From: Kofleriaceae bacterium
Lineage (GTDB): Bacteria; Myxococcota_A; Polyangia; Haliangiales; Haliangiaceae
Assembly: GCA_965215005.1 (NCBI GenBank)
Contig: CBDCCZ010000039.1
Span: forward strand, 1 to 64,000
Reading direction: 5' to 3'
DNA: 64,000 bases
Shown here: piece after piece, positions 49,901 through 59,064 of the stretch
How positions within the stretch are numbered: the stretch's first letter is position 1
Layout of the letters: each line of letters starts with the position of its first letter
The notes under the pieces: generated by a model
Told to the model about the DNA's origin: nothing
What the model saw: only the letters and a program-made list of their open reading frames with translations
Database searches by the model: none
Position numbers and translations under genes: made by a program

Positions 49901-52900
49901 AGCCGCTCGCAGAGCGAGATGCGCGCGCCGTCATCGTTGGCGGCGGCGAGCTGCAGCGACAGCGACTGAGCGACCGCAGCGAGATCGCCCACCCGCTGCC
50001 CGAGTCGCTCGGCTGCAACTTGAGCGACTGTCGAGTGTGGAGCGATCGCCAACACCTGACGATAGGCGGCGAGCGCCTCGGTGGGCGAGCCGAGGTGGTC
50101 TTCGCTAACGGTTGCCAGCTCGAGCAACCACGCACTCGCATGGTCGTCAGTGCCGTTCTCGATGAGGCGACGCAGCACCGACTCGAGCTCGCGCCACGCC
50201 TCGGCGGCGCGACACACAGGCTGTAGCGCCAGCAGCGAGGGCAGATGGTGAGGATCGAGGGTGAGAGCGCGCTCATGGGCCCAGCGATGCAGCTCGTCGT
50301 CGCTAAGGTGCTCGCGGGACAGCGCGCCCAGCTGGGTGTAGAGCGATACCTGGCGCGCTTCATCGTTGGCGACCTCGATGGCGTCGACCAAGGTCTCGGC
50401 GAGCGTTCCCCACGCCTGCGCACGCCGGTGCGCTGCAATCGAGAGGTCCCAGGCAGCGTGCTCGTAGGGCTGCGACGCCAAGGCGTGCGCGGCCGCGGTA
50501 CGCGCCGACTCGGCATCGTCGAGCTCGACCAGATACCAGCGCCCGAGCAACGTCCAAAGCGCAGCGGCTTGCTCGTGCGCATCGCTAGCAGTGAGCTCTT
50601 GCACGTGCTCGAGCAGCTCCTCCAAGAGCCGGTGCCAAGCGCCAAGTACGTGAGCCAACTGCGCCAGCTGCGCCGCCGCCTCCTGCTGGCGAGCATCCGC
50701 GCGCACCACGTCGAGCCAGATTTCCAGCGCCAGGAGCGGCTCTCCCAGCTCGGCCTGCGCCAGCGCCGCCGCCTGCGAAAGCAGCGCGACACGGTCCTGC
50801 GGGCGTTTTGCGGCACGAGCGCGCAACAGCTGGAGCAGGTCTCGCCAGCGCTCGGCGGCGCGATAAATCCGCTCGAGCTCATCGAGCGCATCGTCGCCGC
50901 TGAGGGACTTGCACAATAGCGCTGCGCGGTCGAGCTGCCCGAGCTCACTGCGATACACCACCGCGAGCTCGAGCTGCAGCTGGTGCCGCAACGCCGGCTC
51001 CTGGGTCCAAGAAGCATGGTCTTCGAGCAACGCGGCGCATTCCGGCCAGCGCCGCGCCGCGGCCAGAAGCCGAGCCAGCTCTTGAGCGGCGGCGTCATCG
51101 CGGTCGAGCTCATAGCGGCGCTGGCAGGCAGCGACGGCGCGATCCAGTCGACCGCAGCGCTCCTCGAGCTCGGCGAGCTCACGAAAGCGCTCGCCGGCGC
51201 GCGCGATGGGCTCGTCGGGCAGCCGCAACAGTCGCCAAAGCGTCTCAGCGTGGGCCGAACCATCGGCTTCGCTGCGATAGTGATCGAGGAGCGCTTCGAG
51301 AGCGCCACGGTCCTCCTGATGCTCGAGGCTGCGCTCGAGCGCATCGGCAGCGGCAAGCGCATCACCACAGCCGCGCACCTGAGCGGCGGCGATCTGCCGC
51401 AACAGCCGCGCCTTCGCCCCAGGTCCATCGGTGGCTGCACAAAGCGCTTCGAGCGCCAGCACCAAGTCGGTTACTCGGCCCGCGCGCCACGCGAGCATGC
51501 AGCGCAGCTCGAGCGCACGACAATCGCGCGGCCGGGCCGCGAGCGCCTGCTTGCAATGATCGAGCGCAAGACTCTCGTCGAGGACCGCTTGACCATAGAC
51601 CTCGGCGGCGCGGAGATGCAGCTCGGCGCGCTCCTCGGCGTCTTCCGTGCTGCGCAGACGTTGCTCGTAGAGCGCGACCAACGCGCGCCAGTCTTCACTG
51701 CGCAGATGCAGCCGTTCCAAGGCCTCTAGCGCTTCGAGGTTGCGCCCGTCTTTGTCCAGCACCGCCTCATAAGAGCTTCTTGCTTTGTCGCGGTCTCCCA
51801 GCCAGCGCTCGTAGAGACGGCCCCGACGCAGCTCGCACACCGCTACCTCGGCATCGCTCTTGGCGCGGGGGAGGAGCTCACTGAGCACGTCGAGCAGCTC
51901 GAGTGCATCTTCATCGCTGCCGCACAGGCGCTCGAGCGCAGTGACGCTTTCGGATTGGTTGCCTCCGCACAGGATGACCTGCCGATAGGCCGCTGCCGCC
52001 GCTGCGAGCTCCCCGCGCCGCTCGCACACCAGCGCGATCTTGCGCAAGATCATCGGCTCATCGGGATCGCCGGCGAGCTGCTCGCGATACAGCGCCTCGA
52101 GCAGCTCCCAGCGTTGCGTCTCCGTGTACGCGGCCTCGAGCGCATCGGCGACCTCACGACGCCGGCAGCCGCGCTGCCAGAGATCCTCGAACATGGCGAG
52201 CACGTGGCCTTCGGCGCGCTCATCCGCGAGCAGGCGCGTGAGACACGCCAAACCGTCATCGACCTCTTCGAGGTGCTCGACGAGCACTTCCGCGAGCCGC
52301 AGCTCGAGCTCTCGACGCTCCATCGGCTCCTGTGCGGCTTCGAGCCGGCGCTCGAGAAGCGTCGCCAGGTCTGCCCACTGCTGTTCCTGCTCGTAGAGCC
52401 GCGCCAATGACCACATGGCGTCGCGGTCTTGAGGAACCGCGGCAAGGGCGTTGCGATAAGCGGTCATCGCGCGGCGAGGAGCTCGCGCTTCTTCCTCGAA
52501 CAGCTGGCCGGCGCTCAAGAGCAGTAGCCGACGACGCTCGGGGCTCGAGCACTGCTCTGCGACCCAGGCCTCGAGCTCGGCGAGCTCACGCCAAGCACCG
52601 AGCTCGGCACCGAGTCGCTGCAGGTGAGTGAGCAGCGGCTCATCATCGGCATCCTCTGCGAGTGCCCGCGACAACGCATCGAATGCCTGCCGCGCACAGC
52701 GCAGCCGCCGGTCATAGAGTTGGCCCGCGTGACGCAACAGGGCAGCGCGAACCGCGACGTCGAGACAATCTTCGGCGGCTTGTTCGAGCGCTGCAGCGAT
52801 GCGCCACGCGTCGTCGTCAGCGTCGCACGCCGCTTCCAGCACCGCAGCAACCTCGAGCGCGATGTGCGGAGCTTCGCCAATGAGTGAGCACGCGGCCTCG

Positions 52901-53550
52901 AATGCGTCGCGATTGCCGGGCATGCGCGCCAATGCCTCGCCAAACTCGGTCAGCGCGCGTGCCGGCTCGAGAAGCTCGCGACGATACAGCTCTCCGAGCC
53001 GCAGGTGGATCGCGACGCGCCGCTCGCCGTCGCACTCGCTCAGCTCTTCGCGCCACAGTGCGATTGCATCCTCCCAGCGCCGCGCCCGCTCGTACACTTG
53101 ACGGAGTGCCTCGCGGTCGCCACCGTTCCAAGAGCCGTCGCGACGCAGCTCGAGATGCATGGCTATCGCGCGCTCGAGATCGCCAAGCTCCTGGGCGCAC
53201 AGGCGCGCGGCATCGCGACGCATCGCGCTGGCCTCGGTAGGCTCGGCCCGCGCCGCCCGCCGCTCCAGGTGCGCGATCAACTCAGAGAAGCGCCCGAGGT
53301 CGCGACATAGGCGACGATATCGCGGATCGAGCTCGGCATCGTTTGGATCGTCGGCAAGCAAGGCACCGAGGATCTCGAGCACACCACCTTGATCTTCGAG
53401 CGACTCGAGCACCGAAGCTGCCTGAAGCAGCAGGCTGCGCCGGCGCCGATCGCTGCGCGTCGCTTCGGCTTTGGACAGCAGCGCATCGACCTCGGCGGCT
53501 CCCGATACTCGTCCTCCCGCCACGCGTCGTATGAGCTCGGCCAACGCCAT
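46990..53550 (-). CDS. Giant tetratricopeptide-repeat protein (2186 aa) of the myxobacterial AgmK-like type
   Basis: Dozens of repeats such as ALEALERL...W..LV.LYE and A..AY..AL...P. Confidence 0.88.
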   Translation of the reverse strand: MALAELIRRVAGGRVSGAAEVDALLSKAEATRSDRRRRSLLLQAASVLESLEDQGGVLEILGALLADDPNDAELDPRYRRLCRDLGRFSELIAHLERRAARAEPTEASAMRRDAARLCAQELGDLERAIAMHLELRRDGSWNGGDREALRQVYERARRWEDAIALWREELSECDGERRVAIHLRLGELYRRELLEPARALTEFGEALARMPGNRDAFEAACSLIGEAPHIALEVAAVLEAACDADDDAWRIAAALEQAAEDCLDVAVRAALLRHAGQLYDRRLRCARQAFDALSRALAEDADDEPLLTHLQRLGAELGAWRELAELEAWVAEQCSSPERRRLLLLSAGQLFEEEARAPRRAMTAYRNALAAVPQDRDAMWSLARLYEQEQQWADLATLLERRLEAAQEPMERRELELRLAEVLVEHLEEVDDGLACLTRLLADERAEGHVLAMFEDLWQRGCRRREVADALEAAYTETQRWELLEALYREQLAGDPDEPMILRKIALVCERRGELAAAAAAYRQVILCGGNQSESVTALERLCGSDEDALELLDVLSELLPRAKSDAEVAVCELRRGRLYERWLGDRDKARSSYEAVLDKDGRNLEALEALERLHLRSEDWRALVALYEQRLRSTEDAEERAELHLRAAEVYGQAVLDESLALDHCKQALAARPRDCRALELRCMLAWRAGRVTDLVLALEALCAATDGPGAKARLLRQIAAAQVRGCGDALAAADALERSLEHQEDRGALEALLDHYRSEADGSAHAETLWRLLRLPDEPIARAGERFRELAELEERCGRLDRAVAACQRRYELDRDDAAAQELARLLAAARRWPECAALLEDHASWTQEPALRHQLQLELAVVYRSELGQLDRAALLCKSLSGDDALDELERIYRAAERWRDLLQLLRARAAKRPQDRVALLSQAAALAQAELGEPLLALEIWLDVVRADARQQEAAAQLAQLAHVLGAWHRLLEELLEHVQELTASDAHEQAAALWTLLGRWYLVELDDAESARTAAAHALASQPYEHAAWDLSIAAHRRAQAWGTLAETLVDAIEVANDEARQVSLYTQLGALSREHLSDDELHRWAHERALTLDPHHLPSLLALQPVCRAAEAWRELESVLRRLIENGTDDHASAWLLELATVSEDHLGSPTEALAAYRQVLAIAPHSTVAQVAAERLGQRVGDLAAVAQSLSLQLAAANDDGARISLCERLARVSERAGAIAEAAAAWERLLELAPERYELYPELVRLYRRLERWDELARVYRRQLANDDDEEVRIARLIELGEVLERGAGDVDAAVASYEEALAFAPSSGAAWAALGRACERAERWSRAASALEHALEFTAEAERGPLHFALGRVIIRGGHDRDAESHLLCAARLLDTAEPRLELAALYEGRGMWAQTAMWLEQAAERTHSAIEAPGLWHRAGRIHLDRLGRTDDGTRCMASAFALEPSMIDAAQSLAELYDEASRWDELAPVMEVVIRHLRHAAPDAAKRAVQCERAGRCAAARGEHASAKRFFLEAREIAASPAVLLGLAEANFATGEFHAAVAGYRAYLGASSTASADLYCRLGVALANTGERDRGIEVLAQALALEPNHYEALVATSELCAAAGDAAAAIEAKRSLAQLSEGAVAAQVFEDIGQLAADVLGDSREALDAYFQALELTPGNHRRLQRALELCAELGEWEMAIDVIDRFVACEPDAVRCGSYHQAAAAILRDELGEPKAATERFECALASFFADPGKLTDAMVTRAMQAFVDIDALLTEARDWSGQERAYRAMIQRLPKGHPALASLWDSLGEIYRTRLARLSDAIDAFEVAQHLDPKGSERREILAELYVIAGADQVDKAVAQHRDLLRDDPLHAQSYRDLGRIYLDAGGEEQAWCVFRALVATGRAAAVEKSFVERRQARFGHNGPSELLPQYWAHIRHQDEDPHLGAVMAAVWRAAAVVADRALARAPSTSDATPLSPLHRVLREVARAVGVAAPPVLLDGGFRDPVFLTYATSRSGPTPALIAAPDAGRGESPAWLTFAFARELARARPEYLATVAIPGVAELRAAVVAAIATACPDVPIPKREHALAAPYAQAFASGLRGDERRHLQFAVRELLRAEVADVASWSRAVDATVTRAAFVVCEDLHAALRVLLGRAVLDATRLAQNHPARDLLSYAISDDYFAVRSERARAVAA

Positions 53551-53844
53551 CGGATTCGCTACTGAAAAGCAAGCCGTACGCCATCACGCTAGCGCAGACG
53601 TCTCGCTGAGTTACAGGTGAATGCGGCGCCACCGATGCGATGGATTCTCGCCGCCGTGGGGGTGTAGGCATCAGCAAGCGGGGCCCCGCGGTGACGCTTC
53701 GGTGCGATCGGTTCCGGTGTCAACTCTACGGTAAAGATCCGTCGTCGCTGACCGATAGCGTCCTAAACGCCTCGCGCCGGCGGAACCACCCATGCAGACC
53801 GTTTCAGCAAAAACTCCAGTCGCCCTCGTTAGAGATGCGGTAGC

Positions 53845-56800
53845 ATGACTGTTTGGGGGGAATCGAGGCGCTCGTTGCAGTACGAAGGCGGCTTTGAAGA
53901 GCTCGAATCGCGACGATTCGACGTCTTGCGCCAGCTCGGCGACGGCGGGATGGGCGTGGTTTACGAGGTGCTGGATCGCACCACGTCCACGCGTGTCGCG
54001 CTCAAGACCCTCAAGGTGCGCGACCCGAACCTACTCTACTACCTCAAGCGCGAGTTTCGCGCCCTGCAAGATATCGATCATCCCAACCTGGTTCGCCTCG
54101 GAGAGCTCATCGAGGAAGATGGTCGCTGGTATCTCACGATGGAGTTGGTCGAGGGCCAAGCGTTCCTCGACTACGTGCGCGTCGGTGCACTGCGCGCCGC
54201 CGGCTCGCTTGCCACCGCCGCCACCGGCCGCTTTGATGAACCCGGCGACTTTGCCTTGGTGCGCCCCAGCAGCCCGTTGCCAAGCATGGTCAACACGCGC
54301 TGCGATCACGCGCGGCTGCGTAGCGCGGTAGGCCAGCTGGCCGCCGGTCTTGCGGCGCTCCACGACGGCGGGCGGGTGCACCGCGACGTCAAACCCTCCA
54401 ACGTCCTCGTCACCGCCGAGGGTCGCACCGTGCTCGTTGATTTTGGCTTGGTGTTCGACGAATCGCGCGGGCTTTCATCGGCCACTAGCGTGGTCGGCAC
54501 CGCTGCGTACATGGCTCCCGAACAAGCCGCCGGAGGCCAGATTACTGGCTCGGCAGATTGGTACGCGGTGGGGGTGATGACGTATGAGGCGCTCACCGGC
54601 CGTTTACCATTCGAGGGCGCGCCGCTCGAAATTCTCATGGCCAAGCAGCGCAGCGAGCCACCGCTGGCGAGCAGCTTCGCCGATGACGTGCCTGGCGATC
54701 TCGACGCGCTGTGCGCTGAGCTGCTCCGCTTCGATCCCAACAGTCGCGCGAACGCCAAGCAGATCCTCGCCGCGCTCGGAATTACACCGACGGTGACGCG
54801 AGTCTCAACCTCTACGGGGACCGAGACCAAGCGCTTCGTCGGCCGCGGCGCCGAGCTCGCGACGCTGGACGCGGCCTATCGCGAATTAGCACGAGGAACG
54901 CCAACGGTCGTGGCGTTGCGCGGCGACTCCGGCGTCGGTAAGTCAGCGCTGGTGAGCCGCTTCACCAACGGACTTCGTGGCGAAGAGTCGGCACCGCTGG
55001 TTCTCGAGGGTCGCTGCTACGAGCGCGAGATCGTGCCCTACAAAGGCTTTGACGGCGTGGTCGACTCCCTCGCCGGTCACCTACGGCGCACATTGCCACC
55101 AGAGGCCGATCTGATCGGTCCCGACGCCGCGCTTGTCCGGCGTCTGTTTCCCACCCTCGGCCGCGTCGAGGCGATCGCCCGAGCCAGCGGTGCTCAGGAG
55201 CATCGCACCCTCGGCGCCCACGAGATACGCCACCGCGCGTTCGCTGCGCTCCGCGGGCTACTCGCCCACGTTGCAACCAAACAGCCCCTGATCATCGCGA
55301 TCGATGACATCCAGTGGGCCGGCGCCGACAGCCTGCGGCTGCTTGCGGAGCTGACCCGAGCGCGCAACGCGCCGCGCATCCTTTGGCTGCTAACCTCGCG
55401 CGTCCCTATCGAGGCGCTTTGGGAGCGAGCCGACGCCGCGGCGGATTTCGACGGAACGATTGCCGTTCGCGAGCTCGAGGTCGGGGCGCTCGATGAACAT
55501 ACGGCAACTGAGCTAGCGGAATGGCTGCTCGCGCGCGCTGGAGTTTCCGGCAGCGGACGCGCGCAGAGCATTGCTGCCGAGGCCGGCGGTCACCCTCTCT
55601 ATGTCGATGAGCTGGTGCGACACGTGGCAATGTGGCGCCAGCTCGATGGCTCGGTTCGGCTCGACGATGCGATGTGGGCGCGTATCAACACGCTCGATGA
55701 AGAAGCCGTTCACGTGCTCGAAATCGTCTGCATCGCCGGCACGCCGCTAGCCCGCGAGCCGCTGCAGCGAGCTGCCGACTTGCAGCCCGAGCGCTTCGCA
55801 CGGCTGCTCGCGATGTTGCGCGTGAGTAACCTCGTGCGCTCCTCGAGCCATCGCGGCGCCGATCATCTCGAGCCGTATCACGACCGAGTGCGCGACACGA
55901 TGCTCGCGCAGATCGACGAAGATACCCGCTCGCGGCATCACGAACGGCTCGCGCTGGCGCTCGAAGCCTCGGGCGCGTCCACCAGCGAGCCGTATGTGGT
56001 GGTCGCGCACTGGGAAGCGGCTGGGCAACCGGAACGCGCGGCGGTGTATGCCGAACGTGCCGCCGATGCCGCGCTCGAGGCGCTGGCGTTTGGTCACGCA
56101 GCCGAGCTCTATGCCACGGCGCTGCGCCTCGGCAAAGCCGATGAGGCCACCCGCAGTCATCTGCTCGCGCGTCGCGCCGATGCGCTCGGCCATGGTGGCA
56201 AGTCGGCCGAGGCCGCCGAGGTCTATCTCGAGGCCGCGAGCAGTCGCGACCCGGCAGTGCGCCTCGAGTGCCGCGCATTGGCCGCCGAGAGTTTGCTGGT
56301 GAGCGGACGCATCGAACGAGGGCTCGCTGCTCTGAGCGACATCCTCGCCGAGGTCGGCATACCAATTCCAACCTCGCGCGCCGGCATTTTGTCTTCGCTC
56401 CTCTGGCAGCGGTGCAAGCTCGCGGTTCGCGGAACTCGTTGGAAGCCGCGCCACGAGTCAGAGCTGTCGTCACAACAACATCTATGGCTGCAGGCGTTCC
56501 GCACCGGAACGCTACTGGGCACCGTCGACTTTCTGTGGGGCGCGGAGTTTCAAGCGCGAGGTTTATTGTTTGCGCTCCGAGCCGGCGAAGAAAAGCAGCT
56601 GGCGTATTTTCTCGCCTACGAAGGCACCTTTCGCGCCACGCAAGGGCAGCGCGGAAGGCGCTCCGCCGCGCGCTGGGTAGCCGCTGCACGCCGCGCCAAC
56701 GCGGCTCACGCCGATCCGGTCGCAACGGTGTTCATTTTGGGAGCAGAGGGCGCTACGTCTTATTACGACGGCGCGTTTGCGCAGGCTGCGGAGCGTCTCG

Positions 56801-57660
56801 GCGAGGCCGCCCACCACGCCAGCGCGATTCCCGGCGCCAACTGGCACGCAAGCACGTTACGCATTCATCACGTGTGGGCCGTGCTTCGCACCGGCGCGCT
56901 GCGCAAGCTCCGCCGCTACGTCGATGAGTACGTAGGCGATGCGGTGCGCCGCGGCGATCGCTATCTCGAAACCACGGTGCGGCGCTCGTGCAACATGCTC
57001 CTGTTGGCGACCGAAGGCGTGGAGGCAGCACGTCGTGACCTCGACCGCGCCACCTGGTCGCCGGCCGGGCAAGGGTTTCACATCCAGCACTGGCACGCGC
57101 TGCGCGCCCGCGCCGAGGTCGCGCTTTTCGAGGGCGAGGCCAACGCCGCTCGCGAAGCAACGGAAGACAGCTTTGCCGCGTTGCAGGCATCGCTGCTCAC
57201 CCGCGTCGAGATGGTGCGCGCAGAAGCGCGTTTTCTCAAGGCGCGGCTTGCGCTCGCCAGCTTCGGCGAGACCGGCGACCGCAAGCAGCTCGCCATCGCG
57301 GGCAAGCTCGTCGGCAAGCTAGCCCGCGAGCGCGTCGCCTACGTCCGCACCTGGGAGCTATTGCTGCGCGCCGGCCTCGCCACTGCCGATGCCCGAGCCG
57401 ACCGCGCCTTGCAGCACCTGCGCGCTGCCATCGCTGCCGCCGATGCTCAAGGCACGCAGCTTCTCGCCGCTATCGCTCGACTCCGCGCCGCCGAGCTCGG
57501 CCCCGCCGATCGCGACGAGCTTGCCCACGCAGCGAATCGCTATTGCGAGCGCGAAGGCATTCTGCACCCGGACCGTGTTGCCGACGTGCTGGCGCCGTTC
57601 CCAAACCGCGCGATGCCGCAGCTAGCCGCGGGCAGCGGCGCCGGGAATGCGCGGCCCTAG
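53845..57660 (+). CDS. Ser/Thr kinase fused to an AAA/STAND-like ATPase and helical repeats
   Basis: LGDGGMGVVY, HRDVKPSN, DFG, YMAPEQ; FVGRGAEL, GDSGVGKS, IDDIQWAG. Confidence 0.93.
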   Translation: MTVWGESRRSLQYEGGFEELESRRFDVLRQLGDGGMGVVYEVLDRTTSTRVALKTLKVRDPNLLYYLKREFRALQDIDHPNLVRLGELIEEDGRWYLTMELVEGQAFLDYVRVGALRAAGSLATAATGRFDEPGDFALVRPSSPLPSMVNTRCDHARLRSAVGQLAAGLAALHDGGRVHRDVKPSNVLVTAEGRTVLVDFGLVFDESRGLSSATSVVGTAAYMAPEQAAGGQITGSADWYAVGVMTYEALTGRLPFEGAPLEILMAKQRSEPPLASSFADDVPGDLDALCAELLRFDPNSRANAKQILAALGITPTVTRVSTSTGTETKRFVGRGAELATLDAAYRELARGTPTVVALRGDSGVGKSALVSRFTNGLRGEESAPLVLEGRCYEREIVPYKGFDGVVDSLAGHLRRTLPPEADLIGPDAALVRRLFPTLGRVEAIARASGAQEHRTLGAHEIRHRAFAALRGLLAHVATKQPLIIAIDDIQWAGADSLRLLAELTRARNAPRILWLLTSRVPIEALWERADAAADFDGTIAVRELEVGALDEHTATELAEWLLARAGVSGSGRAQSIAAEAGGHPLYVDELVRHVAMWRQLDGSVRLDDAMWARINTLDEEAVHVLEIVCIAGTPLAREPLQRAADLQPERFARLLAMLRVSNLVRSSSHRGADHLEPYHDRVRDTMLAQIDEDTRSRHHERLALALEASGASTSEPYVVVAHWEAAGQPERAAVYAERAADAALEALAFGHAAELYATALRLGKADEATRSHLLARRADALGHGGKSAEAAEVYLEAASSRDPAVRLECRALAAESLLVSGRIERGLAALSDILAEVGIPIPTSRAGILSSLLWQRCKLAVRGTRWKPRHESELSSQQHLWLQAFRTGTLLGTVDFLWGAEFQARGLLFALRAGEEKQLAYFLAYEGTFRATQGQRGRRSAARWVAAARRANAAHADPVATVFILGAEGATSYYDGAFAQAAERLGEAAHHASAIPGANWHASTLRIHHVWAVLRTGALRKLRRYVDEYVGDAVRRGDRYLETTVRRSCNMLLLATEGVEAARRDLDRATWSPAGQGFHIQHWHALRARAEVALFEGEANAAREATEDSFAALQASLLTRVEMVRAEARFLKARLALASFGETGDRKQLAIAGKLVGKLARERVAYVRTWELLLRAGLATADARADRALQHLRAAIAAADAQGTQLLAAIARLRAAELGPADRDELAHAANRYCEREGILHPDRVADVLAPFPNRAMPQLAAGSGAGNARP

Positions 57661-57774
57661 CGTCGATCGTTGGCGCTGATCGCAGCATCGCCGGCGGTGC
57701 GCTACTCGTTGCCCGATTCGTCGGCCGTGAGCGCTAACGGCCTCGAGCAGTCAGGCGCCGTGGCGCGTCGAGGG

Positions 57775-58752
57775 CTACTCCTGAGCAGCGGGCTCGTCGA
57801 AGAGATCGGCGGCGACCTCCGCCTCGAGCGCGCGATCGAACCAGCGGTCGAGCCTTGTGCGATCGCGACACGCCAAGATGGTCGCGCGCAGCTCGTCTGG
57901 GAGACGCACCTGTCGCGCATCGAGAATACGCAGGACCAGCTCGGCTCGCGCCGTGGTCTGTCCTAGCGCTTGACCTTCGGCGCGGAGTTTATCGGCGGTG
58001 GTTTCGATGAGTGCGGGCATGATCGGGTGAATCTGGCGGGTCGCTTCTTGGAGTATTTCTACTCCGATACCTGCGGTCTGCAACACGTATTCCACCAGCC
58101 GATGCAGGGCGCGCAGGCCGGTGCGGGAGTCCAGGGCGACGGCGCGGAGCAGCTCGGTCCATGCAACCAGACGTTCCGGCAGCTCGTCGGAGCGAATGTA
58201 CTTGAAGAGTAGACACACCACTGCTTCGAAGGTTCCTCGCCATAGCCGTTCGTCGGGCACTGCCGAGAGGTCGGTGAGGAGAAATCGAAAGTGCGGCACG
58301 TACGAAGACAGCACAGTGCACGCCGCGGGCGGCATGAGGAGAAGCTCGTCGAGCGACACGGGCGCGCGCCAGCCGAGCTCACTGTGGTGCAAGACCATGG
58401 GCAGCACTGGCGGCAGCTTGCGGCGACTGGTGTCTTCTTCTAGAAAGCGCTCCCAGATGCGAACCATGTAGCGCAACATCCGAAGCGGCATCAACGGATC
58501 CACCGAGCTCTGGTGCTCAAATAGGATGTATAGAAACGCGCTGCCGTCACCGTGGCGAAACGTCGTGGTGAAGAGCAGATCCGTCTGTCGCTCTTGCAGG
58601 TTCTCGTCTACGAACGAACCGGGTCGCGCTACCAGCGAGCTTAAGTCGAGTTGCTCGGCGACCTCTTGCGGGAGAAACGCGAGGAAGTGCGCCGCTGCAT
58701 GAACAGGATCACCGAAGACACTGCGAAACAGCTTGTCGTGGGGGTTCGGCAT
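57775..58752 (-). CDS. Rpn/YhgA-like PD-(D/E)XK nuclease
   Basis: PHDKLFRSVF, GSFVDENL...TDLLF, YILFEHQS, MPLRMLRYM, LPPVLPMVLHH. Confidence 0.92.
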   Translation of the reverse strand: MPNPHDKLFRSVFGDPVHAAAHFLAFLPQEVAEQLDLSSLVARPGSFVDENLQERQTDLLFTTTFRHGDGSAFLYILFEHQSSVDPLMPLRMLRYMVRIWERFLEEDTSRRKLPPVLPMVLHHSELGWRAPVSLDELLLMPPAACTVLSSYVPHFRFLLTDLSAVPDERLWRGTFEAVVCLLFKYIRSDELPERLVAWTELLRAVALDSRTGLRALHRLVEYVLQTAGIGVEILQEATRQIHPIMPALIETTADKLRAEGQALGQTTARAELVLRILDARQVRLPDELRATILACRDRTRLDRWFDRALEAEVAADLFDEPAAQE

Positions 58753-58876
58753 GACGGGGCGCGGGACGAGTCGTCGACGCCAGCCCGATGGTGGCTGGTC
58801 ACTCGCGCGACCCAAACCGCATCGCAAGACCGATGCCACGCGAAACTACGCCGATCCTCGCGTCCCCGGTCCGGCT

Positions 58877-58932
58877 TCCCGGACGCCGCGGACGGCATCC
58901 CGGACGCCGCGGACGGCCCCCGGACGCCGCGG
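58877..58932. repeat. ~21-bp intergenic tandem repeat x2.7
   Basis: TCCCGGACGCCGCGGACGGC(A/C) repeated upstream of rpn. Confidence 0.8.
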
Positions 58933-59064
58933 CCCCCCAGAGCCCGCAGGCGCGCCCTCAGACACACGCGAACGCCCTACCCCACCGCTGTTGGTGAACG
59001 CTTGCGTTCGCCCAATGCGGCGCCTTCGCTGGTGAAGGCGCCGCTTTCCACCCGCCGAGACGCG

